Position numbers and translations under genes: made by a program. A stretch of 64,000 nucleotides of DNA from Carcharhinus amblyrhynchos (taxonomy: Eukaryota): contig OZ336878.1 of assembly GCA_965287045.1 (NCBI GenBank), positions 33,418,001 to 33,482,000 on the forward strand. Direction: 5' to 3'. Shown here piece after piece: positions 1 through 11,530 of this stretch; position 1 is the stretch's first letter, and every line of letters starts with the position of its first letter. The notes beneath the pieces were generated by a model, which was not told the DNA's origin, ran no database searches, and saw nothing but the letters and a program-made list of their open reading frames with translations.

Positions 1-829
1 ATCTCTTTTTTGCAACTCCTGATTATTTTCTCCATCAATTTAGAATCATAGAATCCCTACAGTGCAGAAAGAGGCCTTTTGGCACAGAGCTTGCACTGAC
101 AACCATCCCATTGGGAATAATCCGACAGGGTGAATAAGGAGCTATTGATTTACTATCACTGATTTTGCACTGCTGCTCAAGACAAAATACCATCCCTCAT
201 GAAGGAAAAAAAACTCATCTATGCTGGAGGCAACTATCCAGAAAAAAATAGATGCTCAGAGACCAATATCATACCAATATCCCATTTACATTCAATTGGG
301 CAATGGCCATCAAAATGACCCCTTCAGTTGAAGTACATTTTATGTAGTAAGTCTTCCAATGAAGGCAAAATATAAGAATTATTCCTCCCAATTCAGGTAA
401 AAGGTGGCAGTGTACCGTTCAAACAGAATAAACAATCATCCATTTGTATTCTTCAATTATTAGCAGGCAAAGACTTGGCTTCATTTTCTAACAGCTGTTT
501 TTATAAAAACAGGTGAGGTACCCACATCTCAGCAACTGAAAAACCTGAACTTCATGGACATTATTGTACAGAAACAAAAACTATGCATCGTGTAATCGTC
601 AAATCAGACCATTCCAATTCTTCAACTGAAACAATCTGGCCAAAGGAATTGTGACAAATTGTCCCATACATTATACAGATAAATCAGACATGGTTACATC
701 TTTCCTCAACCAGATTTGTTCATATTTTCACACAGATTAATGCAGCTGATGATTTCACTCACATTTTCTAACCAACACCCTGAAAGCTTTGTATGCTCTG
801 CCAAAAAGTGGCAATGGTTTTGAAAAGTT

Positions 830-2625
830 ATAACAGATTACGTAGGAAATATGGCACAGAATCGATTATTTGACCCCAACATGTCAGTCTTTATGCTCCA
901 CTTGTGCCTCCACCTACTGTTTCTTATCCAAACCTACCATCGTAATCATTTATTATTATTCTTTCATATACTTGTCTAGCTTCCACTTAAATCTATACTT
1001 ACTACCCACAGAGGGTAGTCAGAATCTGGAATGCACTGCCTGGGAAGGTAGTGGAGGCTGGAAACTTTTAAAAAATAGTTGGATGAGTGTTTGAAATATC
1101 GTAACATTCAAAGATATGGGATAAGTGCAGGGAGAAAATGAAATTTGGCGCATCTTTAGTGGTAGTTATTGTCTGTGGAGATTTGATGAGCCAAAAGGCC
1201 TTTTCTGTGCTGTATGATTCTGACTTCCACCACTCCCTGTGAAAACAAGTTGTATACTCTTAACACTCAGTGAAACGATTTCTGTACTTCTAATTGGATT
1301 TCTTGATGATTCTATTACATTTAAGGCTTGTATTATGCTTAAGAGGAAACATTCTCCTTGTATTCATTCTATCAAAGCCTTTCTGAATTTTAAAGACCTC
1401 TGCCTTCTTTCAAGAGGGAACCCACTCAGCCTGTCAATCCTTTCCTGGTATGTATGCCCATGTACTTCTGATATCATACTTGCAAGTCTTCCCTGCACCC
1501 TTATCAGTGCTTCTATATCCTTTTTAATATGAAGAGCAGAACTACATGCAGTCTAACAATAGCACAACATCCATACTTTTCAATTCTATCCCTCTAGAGA
1601 TAAAAGTGAATGCTGGGCTTGCTTTTTTATATAGTCATCGGATATGGATGTTGCTGGCTGGGCCAGCATTTGTTCGCCATCCCTAACTGCCCTTGAACTC
1701 AGTGACTTTCTAGGTCATTTTAAAGGGCATTTAAGAGTCAACCACGTTGCTATGGACTTGGTGTAACACGTAGGCCAGACCAGGTAAGGATGGCAGATTT
1801 CCTTCCCTAAGGGACATGAGTGAACCAGAAGGGCTTTTACAACAATCAACAATGGTTTCATTAGAATTCCAATTTTTTTTTATTGAATTCAAATTCCACC
1901 ATCTATCATGACAGGAGTGGAACACATGTCTCCAGAGCATTAAATAAGGTCTCTAGATCACTAGCCCCGAGACAATATCACTATGCCATCACTTTGCCAC
2001 AAAGTTTGGTAATTGTTGTTTTAAAACCGAGATCCCTCTATTCCTCTACCCCACCTAGCCTTGCACCTGTACTGAACTTCATTTGTCAACTACTTGCCCA
2101 TCAGCAAGATTATTAACATCTTCCTGTTTGTTTTGACTATTCCCCCAATTTGGTGATATCTGCACAATTAGAAACGGAGTTTCTGATTCCCAATTTCAAT
2201 TCATTAATGAAATTGGGAACAGCAGTGGTCCCAGCATTGATCCTTGTGGATTTGTGCCAACATCTCTGAATAATTACTCTTAATTCCCATTCCCACTCTC
2301 CACTTTCTGTCTTGAAGCCAGCTTGCAATCCATTATTCCATATGGAATCCCAAATTCCATATTCTCTGACCTTATTCACCAGCCTCTTCATGGGTACCTT
2401 ATCAAAAGTCTTTTCAAACTCCAGATAAATGGCATCTACTATATCTACATAATCTACTCTCTATTGCCTCCTTGAAAAGCCAGTAAGGTTGGCCATGCAA
2501 GATTTTTGCTTTTGTAATCTATGCTGATGATTCATGATTATAATTCTCACTTTTTGATGTTGTTTTATTCTCTCTTTTAGTAAGGATTCCATTGTTTTTC
2601 CTACCACCGATGTTAATCTGACTTT
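830..2625 (-). mobile_element. Old, degraded CR1-like LINE fragments, interrupted by a plus-strand CR1 3' end (about 1005-1225) and a SINE
   Basis: Patchy similarity to CR1 ORF2 and 3' end sequences. The plus-strand piece reads cacagagggtagtcagaatctggaatgcactgcctg and ends in tgtatgattct. Confidence 0.5.
1625..1992 (-). mobile_element. tRNA-derived SINE, family B (core ggaaggaaatctgcc..ccttacctggtctggcctac)
   Basis: Reverse complement of the copies at 21230, 52648 and 54418. Confidence 0.8.
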
Positions 2626-3019
2626 TCCCACCGCAGAAGATTAAGGAAAGCATTTTGTGGAGTTCCTACCAAATAATTGTGATGTAATAAAACTACGTAC
2701 CCCAATCTTTTAAAATTTGTGACTGATTTATGATCTTGTACCAGAATTGTATCATATGTGATCAAGGAATCAAATGTATGATGTAGGCATTAGCCTGTTT
2801 TAATGGCTTTAGCCTATTTCTGCCACAGAAGCAGTCTCCATGCAATCTTAGGGAATACTCCTCTTTGGTTGTATTGTTCAGAAAAAAGCATTTTCCTGGT
2901 GGTGAAAGTAGGATACACATTCTTCCTACATACTTTAGTGCTCTCTTGACCAGCCCCCCCAAACCCCATTCCCATTCTCCATAAAATTGAGCTCACCCAA
3001 AACTATGCTGTACTGTCCT

Positions 3020-3395
3020 AACTTACACTCAGCCCCTTCACCCATCACTCCCTGCTTTCACCTAGGACAGTAACACCTCCATTTCAAAATGCTCATTCTC
3101 CTTTTCAAATCTCAGCAACCTTGCCTCCTCCCTACCTTTTCCAGCCCTATGACTTGCCAAGATCTCAACATTCCCCCAGTTCTGGCCTCTTATGTATCCC
3201 TAATTTTAATTACTTCATCTCTGGCAACTGTATCTTCAGCTCCCTGGACTGGAGAGTCTGGAATTCCTTCCTTATACCTCTCCACCCAACTTTCCTCCTT
3301 AAAAACCTACATCTTTGGCCAAGCTTTTGGTCAGCTATTAATAAATCTATATGCAGAATGGTGTCTGATGTTGTTTGATGATGATCCTGTTTATA
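3020..3395 (+). mobile_element. L2-like LINE 3' fragment
   Basis: tttcaaaatgctcattctc...ctggaattcc...aaaacctacatctttggccaagcttttggtca, similar to the minus-strand L2 ends at 25450 and 30550. Confidence 0.55.
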
Positions 3396-3399
3396 AAGT

Positions 3400-3735
3400 T
3401 TTTAAGCTTAATTATTAGTCACAAGTAGGTTTACATTAACACTGCAATGAAGTTGCTGTGAAAATCCCCTAGTCACCACACTCCGGTGTCTTTTCGGGTA
3501 CACTGAGGGAGAATTTAGCATGGCCAGTGCACCTAACCAGCTTGCCTTTTGGACTGTGGAAGGAAACTGATCTTGTACCAGAATTGTATCATATGTGATC
3601 AAGGAAACAACACAGAAACCCACACAGACATGGGAAGAACATGCAGATTCTGCACAGTGACCCAAGCTGGGAATTGAACCTAGGTCCCTGGCACTGTGAG
3701 GCAGCAGTGCTAACCACTGTGTCTCTGTGCCACCC
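3400..3735 (-). mobile_element. HE1/V-SINE (tail type b) carrying an internal templated insertion
   Basis: tRNA-like head gtggttagcactgctgcctcacag, V-domain, and tail cttcattgcagtgttaatgtaa. Confidence 0.88.
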
Positions 3736-5432
3736 CAGTACCCTATGAGGGTAGTGGAACATTTTCCCATGGTAAAGGCATGTTATAATCACAGAGTGTT
3801 ACTAGTAGTCCGTGAGAACAATACTCTTGACTTTTTACATGTCACACACTTTATTCAAAATGTTCGCATTTGTCTTGAAGCTCAAGGGCCAATTTCAACT
3901 TTAGGCAGATATTGGGTGAGCTGTGGCTCCAAAGTCAGCTCCACACTATAGCTCTCTAGTTGTCAAAATGTCTTCTCAGGGAAGGCAATTCCAGAGGGAG
4001 TCTTTGAATCCAGCTCCTGCATTTACATGAGGTACCAGGTGGCTCAGAATTGTAACTAAGGTCCTACATATACTGTAGCACTTCAACCTACAAATTGCAA
4101 GTGATCACTCACCTCGAATAGATAAGAGCGCTGGTCATCCATCTCAGGATCTTACCTGAGATGACGGTATGTGATTTATTAGTGTAAGTGGACTAGCAAA
4201 TAACTTCCTGCTATTCTATCATCCTGTTTACAAAGGGTGGAAAAAGTTACAATCAGCCCCATGCTGATTCTCACACTTCACTCTATGCTATCTCTTTTGA
4301 AACGTTTTTCAGCTAACTTCAACATTCACATGGATCCTATTTTTAGATGGGAATGGCTATAATGATAATATGGATAAAATACCAATGGGTCTCGATGAGC
4401 TGAATGGCCTCCTTCTGCATTGGGATTCTTTGATCAAAGTAGTAAACAATCGTCTGTACTTGCAAGTGGATCTAAATTCTGGTTGGATATCTCCATTCCG
4501 GATCACTTTGAGTATCAGGTTTGGTTTCTTGTTTGGATCTTTCGGTTTTCTGTCGCATTGCCTCCAACAATTCTAATGTTGTGATGAGGTTTCTAGTTTC
4601 CAGTCATTTGGCTCAGGTGCACGTACCACTACCGTCTCTTCCGGCAACAGTGTTTTAACAGGCAAACTTCTCACTTTTAATACACTTTGTGCTCATTTCT
4701 GTATCAAAGATTCTTGTGATGGTTTTGTCAGCAGCTGTCTGAGCTGGAGGTGTTGTTTTTGTGCTTTGGCCCATTGACAATTATGAAAGGCACATTATCC
4801 AGCTCCATGCATTTTATGAAAATCAGAGAGGTCCCTAACAATGTCTTCAATGCTGCATCAAGTTCTTTTGCAGTCATGGGTCTCCCATTGGATAGCGGGT
4901 GTGTTTGATGATGATATGGTGACATGGCTTTTTTTTTAATTCGGATGACCATCTCTGTTGCATAAACTTGAAAGTATTGTTTTTATTCTCACCACATGTT
5001 TATGACATTTCCTTCTAGACTCGTAATCTGGGAGCTATGAACCTGGCAATTCCGTCCCCGTTCTGACGCCACAAAGAGGCTTGTGCCCAACGTGAACAAC
5101 AACTCACAAAGGAGTGTCTCCAGAAAGTTTCAAGTTTTATTCAAAACGTCCATCTCCTTCTCTGAGAACATGTTATTTACACATTATCCTATCTCTAATC
5201 ACAATATGGCTTGAATCAACTTTTTACATACTATACGAAGTTTCATGTTCAAAGCAACCATGCAACAACACACAGCCACTTGCCTGTAAAAACCAAATAC
5301 AAAAGGCTGTAAACAGAGCTAAACAATCACAAAACTAATGGGTGACAGCAATGTAGTCCTATCACATCCAATTGGCAGTGATAGTGGACAGTCAAGTAAG
5401 TGATGGGGAGGCTCCAGGGACATCCCCAACGC

Positions 5433-5795
5433 AGGGGCAGCACTGTGGTACAATGGTTAGCACTGTGGCCTCACAGCTCCATGGACCTGGAATGAATTCC
5501 GGATTTGGATATCCGTGTGGAGTTTGCAAGTTTTCCTAGTGTCTTGAGTGGGTTTCCTCCGATTTCCTCCTGCAGTCCAAAGATGTGCAGGTTAGGTGGA
5601 TTGGCCATGCTAAATTACACCTAAGTGTCCCAGGATGTATAGGTTAGATGGAACAGTCATGGTAAATGTGTGGGGTTGCAAGAATTGGAGGGGGGGAGGG
5701 GGGGAGGGGGGGAGGGTGGGGGGATGCTCTGACAGGGAGTTGGTGGAGACCTGATGGGTTGAATGGCCTCTTCTGCACCATATGGGTTCTATATA
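5433..5795 (+). mobile_element. HE1/V-SINE (tail type a, CR1-like)
   Basis: tRNA-like head, V-domain, tail gaatggcctcttctgcac...ttctat. Confidence 0.85.
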
Positions 5796-5819
5796 TAAAA
5801 AAAAGCCAGGATCTGAGTA

Positions 5820-7270
5820 CACGGCTGAAGGATTTGCAAATTTATTCAGCCAAAAGTACTAACGTCATTCAGCATCTGCCATCTTTCACACTCCATCCAC
5901 TACCTTAGATGCCAGTCAAACCAACCTGGCTCGTACCGCATGACATTAAGCAGCAGTCGAGTGTGCCACTGAAAATGGTGTACCTTGATAACATTCTGGC
6001 AGGAGTGTTGAAGTTCAACTAGAACTATTCAATCTTGTCCCAACTCCTCCGCAGCTAAGTTGTTCTTGTGTCAATCTGACATTAGCATCAAGCCAACAAT
6101 GTAGGAAATTACCCAACTCAAACCCAGTTATAAATAAGGATGAAAAATCTAACCTGGCAAATTTTTCCATGCATCCTCCTCCCTTTCATCTGTGAGGTGA
6201 TGGAAGGAATCATAAATGTTATTCTCATACAAGCTGAGAGCAGTTACCTCTGACACTAAAGCAGCATTCATCTAAGATTGGCACCAAGGAGCCCTTGCAA
6301 AACTTATCGACAGAATCAAAAGGAAAACTCTCTAATACCTAGGGTCATACCTGAGGCAAAGAAAGGTGGTTTTGACTGACGTGGGCCTACAATGCAGTCC
6401 CAGAAAAGATGTTACAGGAGTTCCTTAAGGGAGTCTTTCACGAACCAGCCCTCTTCAACTGCTTCATTAATGACTTACCCTCCATGAAAAGGGGACAGCT
6501 TGCTAACAATTCCACAATGTCTAGCTCTATTTACATCCTTTCTGATATGAAGCGGCCCATGCCATCCTACAAGGGAGCCTAGATAACATTCAGACTTGGG
6601 CAGACAAGTGGCAGGTAACATTCACAAGTGCTAAACATCAGCAACCAGAAAAGTTCTGCCCACCTCCCTTTGATTTTCAACAGCATTGCCATTGTGATGT
6701 CTCACACCATCACCTTGGAGGGGATGAGGGTCACTACAGACTAGAAACTTAAATAGACCACACATCTCTACTCATCTACTACAGCAGCATGGCAATGTCT
6801 AGGCTGAGTGGCTTATTAACTCATGATTCCTCAATGCCTCACCACCTTATACAGAGCTCAAGCTGGGAGTCTAATGAAATACTTGCCAATCAGCTGGAAG
6901 AAGAAATTCACTGTTAATCATAACTGAGTAATGTGTTTGATTGAATACACTATCATTCATCTTATTATACATCCCTCCATCAACTAGGCACAATGTAGTG
7001 ACCCACTTCAACACTAATTCCAATCTCTCCTGGCATGAGAGATAAGAGCTTCAGTCTAATGGGATATCTATTAGCTACAAGTTTCCCCTCAAAGTGATAC
7101 CTCATTTTAGATAACATGAATTGCTCTTCCACCTTCATTGCTAGATTTTAAATCCTAAAATTCCCTATCTTACAACAGCGTTCATTACCATGATTACAAG
7201 GGCAATTAGGGATGGGTAATAAATGTCCATCTCACCAGTGAGGCCTCCATCTCATTAATGAATTAAAAAT
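5820..7270 (+). mobile_element. Highly degraded CR1-group LINE (RT region to 3' end)
   Basis: Colinear with the fresher copy at 62935-64000 (gacaagtggcaggtaacattcac...). Ends in gggcaattagggatgggtaataaatg. Confidence 0.7.
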
Positions 7271-7734
7271 AACTACCATGAGAGTGTCATCAGCACAAAG
7301 ATGTCACTGCTTTAAGGAAAAGGCCCACCAGTTACTTCTTGGGTCAACTAGAAATGGACAATACACATGGCTTCACCCAGCACCAACAACTTTCTAAATA
7401 CATATTTATGAATGGTCAGGTTGGCACTGTGTGTTTCCTTGATGCAAGCTGACCAAAGATGCTGTTTTAACAGTATTTTTTGTCTCACCTCCCAGCAACT
7501 ACCACTTACTGGTTATTCAAAAGCAAAGATAAGGACAAGGGCTTTTGCCTCACTGACTATCATTCAGAATTACTGCGGATAGTGCTTATGAGGTTGCCAA
7601 AGACTGATTTTGATGGTTTAACTTACTTGCTCACTCTCCATCTTATAGCTGAAAATAAATTAAGTGATTCTAGCCAAGAGCTGATAATTGGTACTTTTGA
7701 CTGATCACTACCACTGTTCACAGGTGATCATGCC

Positions 7735-7985
7735 TGTGTCTGTGGGAGTTTGTGCATTCTCCCTGTGGTTGCGTGGGTTTCCTCCGGGCGCTCCAGTTTC
7801 CTCCCACACCCCAAAGATGTGCTCTTAGGCTGATTGGTTTACCAAATTGACACTATTCTCCCCTGAATCTGGCTAAGTTAGGGGTTCCATTCGTAGACAT
7901 GCAGGGTAGAATAGGTGCAGGGTGATGCGGCGGCGCGGGCTCATTGGGCCAAAGGGCCTGTTTCCCGTGCTGGGTTGTTCTTTGT
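7735..7985 (+). mobile_element. 5'-truncated V-SINE with a variant tail
   Basis: V-domain gcgtgggtttcctccgggcgctccagtttcctcccaca, followed by a tail ending gggccaaagggcctgtttcc. Confidence 0.75.
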
Positions 7986-8167
7986 ATGCCAAATATTGAC
8001 CACTCTCCGTATAGTCTAAGGTCCTTCTTTTATCCTAGATATGTGCTTGGCAGAGGTCAAACTTTCTTCATGGAGGTAGCTGCACATGGTAAAGTTAGAT
8101 CACATTTTCACAAGAAAGGAATGAAAAATACAACCTGCGCACATGATGAGGTAGTCTAAACATACTG

Positions 8168-8285
8168 GTGTTCTTTGGAGAGATACAGTACCCTTTTGGA
8201 GCAGTAAGGTCACTTTTTGGATATGGTCCTAAGACATCTTTGGGAGAGGTCAGGTGCCCTTTGGGAGAGGTGACATACCCTTTGC
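8168..8285. repeat. Degenerate minisatellite, unit about 21 bp (ccctttgggagaggtcaggtg-like)
   Basis: Recurring ctttgg(g)aga units, reflected in the 7-aa SPK periodicity of the 8095-8316 ORF. Confidence 0.55.
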
Positions 8286-10289
8286 AAGACGATTGAAAGT
8301 GGATAAAAATGTGCATAAAAAGTGGATTAACTCGTTGGTACTGTCACGCTCTTTGGAATTGTTAAAGAATTTACATAAATATTTGAAAAAAACCAGGCAG
8401 TGTTTAAACGTCAGTGCTCGTCAGTTCCTTCTGTCTGTTGACATAAGCCTGAGGACTACCATCACAGGATTAATGCTGCATGGCCGATTTCACAACCTAT
8501 AATTATCACAGTGGGGTTCTGATCAGTTCACAATATGTTTGACAGCTCTAAGTAGTCTTTGAGGTGGTTGTTGTCATAAGGGACCAAGGAGTTAAATGCA
8601 GTGACTAGTTTTTTTTAATGAACAAGAGCGCTTTTTAATAGTAAATTCATCAATAAATTCTTAAGAACTTTATTTAATCTCATTACGAGTCCTAATGTTT
8701 GCCAATGGGAATACTGGGGCGGAGGGGTCGGCATCAAGTGTGCAATGGAAAAAGGTGGTGAGTGGGGTTAGGCGCTGGCATGGTTTGGCACCAAATTGGG
8801 ACAATAAAGGTACAGGGTTACAATTTGTCATAGAGGGTTTAAAAAGCCATCAGTGAGATGGATGAAGGAGCACAGGTTAACGTGGTTGGTATGAAGAGCC
8901 ATGGGGTGGATGGAGGCACATATGTTGGCATAGAGTGTGAGGGGTCCATGGGGGTTGCGTAGAGGGGCGTATGTTGGTATGGAGAGTTTAAGCATCCATT
9001 AAGGGGATGAGTAGAGTGGTTTGGCTTAGCATGGAAGGTACAAGGGCCATGGCAGAATAAGTTGGGAGCATGGGTTGGCATTGATGAGGCATGGCCCATT
9101 TGTGAAGAGGTGAGAGGGTGTTGACTGCCCCCCTCCTGAATTGCCCCAAATCTAAGCTCCCAACCCGGGAGTGAAAATCCAGGACTACATTGCTCAATAA
9201 AGTAGGGTTAAGACTGGTGATTTATCATTGGCCTGAAACTGGTCAGCCTCTGGAACCTTTATGTAAAATGGATGTTACTTGGGACAATTTCTGTGACATA
9301 GCAAGTATATAAACTTGCGGGATTTGCTGTATCATCTTAAATCATTCAACCCAAGTGCACCAAAAAGGTTTGGGTTTTTTTTGCCATTTTAGAGTTCCAG
9401 ATAGCCCCAACAAAGGGACCCTTTAAAATAATGCTTAAGTTAAAAGTTTCATAAAGATTTTTTTTTTTAACTCATTCATAGGATTTGGCAGGCAATGACC
9501 AGGCTAGCATTTGTGTTACTAACTCCTTAATAATTGGATTCACCTTCATATGACCCAGAGACTGAATATTGTTCTTTTTCAACTAACGTAGCGATTTTCT
9601 TTTCTAATAAGAAATTAATAATCAACCGTGACACTTTGCAACAGAATGCACAAAGACATTGAATGAAAACATACTGCTAGTCTCTCACAATCACCATTTG
9701 TTTCAAGCAAAAACCTCACCCTGACCAAGTCTCCAAAAAGCTCACAGCAGAATGGGGATATGGTTTTTCAACATCCCTTAGCGATACAGCCATGAATGAA
9801 ATACTGCAGTTTCAGATTTCTAGTCTCTTTATAGGGGAAAGCCTGCCCCACCCTCTTGCCTCCCTCCCCTTCACTCTTAAACAAAGTAAATGTTCTTACT
9901 TATGTATGAATTAAAAGTAGGTTTGATAAATGAACATGAAGGTCCTGAAGATTTGAAATATTCTCTGTGTTTAGCTGGGATACTGCCTATAAATTGAGGC
10001 TGTTTCAACATCTGACTCTTTTCATCACTGAGAGGCAATTTTCATGTCATGTATTTAAGAACAGGGGTCGAATTTCACCCACACATTACTAAAATAGGCC
10101 CTTTAAAGAAAATTCTTGGGGTCAACTTAAAAATAAAAGGAAGCAAAGGTGGAAACCTAGAAGTAAAGTCACTTTTCAGCAGTTTGTCAATTTCGAATTT
10201 TAAGAAATATTTGCGGGGAAATGTGAGGGAAAGCAACCAAATACACCACAATTAATATCCTACAGAGTTTGAACTATGGCAAGGCAGTA

Positions 10290-11130
10290 GGATATGATAA
10301 TATCGTACCAGTTTTACACAATGGCCATAAATTCCAAAACCATTCCAAAGGAATGGTGAACAGCAAAAGTCATTGCCAAGTCCAGAAAACACCTCATACT
10401 CTCAGCTAGCTACCATCTAATCTCTCTCCTGTCAGCCCCATACAGGATCCTTGAATGCCTCATCCTTCAGCACATATCCCCAAACATAGAAGAAGTCCTT
10501 AGTGTTGACCAAATTGGTTTCTGTAAGGACTGCAGCAAATGGGAACAGGTACTGGCCCTTATCACTTACATTAAAAAAAGCTTTCAGAAAAACTTGAAGA
10601 CAGGTACTGTGTTCCTCAACCTCACATGGTGCCTTCGACACCATTTGGCACAGTGGTCTCCTCCTGAAGCTGTCATGGGCCCTCCCCTCATCCCCAGGGG
10701 ATTAAAAGCATTAGCACACAGTTGAACAAACGAAAGTTCAGAGTTCAGGCAAAAGGCAAACCAATGGACTCCCCCAAGGCTCATTACTGGCTCCAACCCT
10801 GTTCAATTTGTACACAAATGATCTTCCAATCTAGAAACAACTTGATTGCCAAACTAGCTGGCTCAACATGGGGTGCTGCTACCACCATCCTCTGAACCTC
10901 AGCAGTTGCGCTCATGTACTCAGTAGCAGTAGCAGAATACTGCACTCCTTTTTGATGAAGGTCATCATACATGCAGAATTGAAAACCAGCTGAATGCTAT
11001 CATGCATATTATTACTGGAGCACCATGTTCAATGCGACTCCCTTAGTTCCCTGACATGGCAAACTTCACTCCTCCACATATTCACCAACTTGCAAGATCC
11101 CCTTTTAAAAACCTCGATCTCTGTGAAGCC
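10290..11130 (+). mobile_element. Degenerate, internally deleted Ingi/Vingi-like (I-group) non-LTR retrotransposon RT
   Basis: Manual translation: SYHLISLLSAPYRILECLILQHI..DQIGF..QVLALITYI..FQKNLKTGTVFLNLT / AFDTIWHSGLLLKL / GLPQGSLLAPTLFNLYTNDLP / RNNLIAKLAGSTWGA..YSVA..EYCTP. Frameshifts and stops are present. Confidence 0.75.
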
Positions 11131-11269
11131 TGGTGTGTTTGACATTGGGGATTTTTTTTTGCAGCCAAAGACTGGTTGAATCCCTACTGGGTTAGCACTG
11201 CCAGTGCCAGCTGGAAACACTCCAGTTTTCCCACTGGTGGCACACTTAGATTTGTTTTGGGAGTATCAG

Positions 11270-11530
11270 ACCATAGATCAAGGTCCCATTGGCCTTGTGG
11301 ATGGATATAAAAGGTTCTGTGATGATGCTTAAAAGGAGAGTAGGGTTTTCTCTTGGTGTCCTGGCTAATCCCTCACAGTCAAATTCACTAAAGCAATTGT
11401 GCAATCATTCATTTCATTGTTATTTGTGTAGACTTGGACACAAGTTGTCTTTCTCATTTGCCTATATAGACGGAGAAATACTTTGAGCCATGATAGACTT
11501 GTCAAAGGCGGCCCATAATTGAGAATTATT
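11270..11530 (+). mobile_element. Degraded Deu-domain SINE (SacSINE1/AmnSINE-like)
   Basis: gatggatataaaaggttc...ggtgtcctggctaat...cattgttatttgtg resembles the remembered Deu core and L2-like tail. Confidence 0.5.

Noticed and set aside
4140-4163. 9-bp inverted repeat catctcagg/cctgagatg
   Set aside because: Short enough to arise by chance in 64 kb, with no supporting context.
8715-9190. G-rich (or C-rich) loosely periodic tracts, also at about 15700-15960, 17330-17610, 35330-35680 and 60080-60290
   Set aside because: They look like decayed internal repeats of non-autonomous DNA transposons. There is no constant repeat-spacer structure (not CRISPR-like) and no coding signal.
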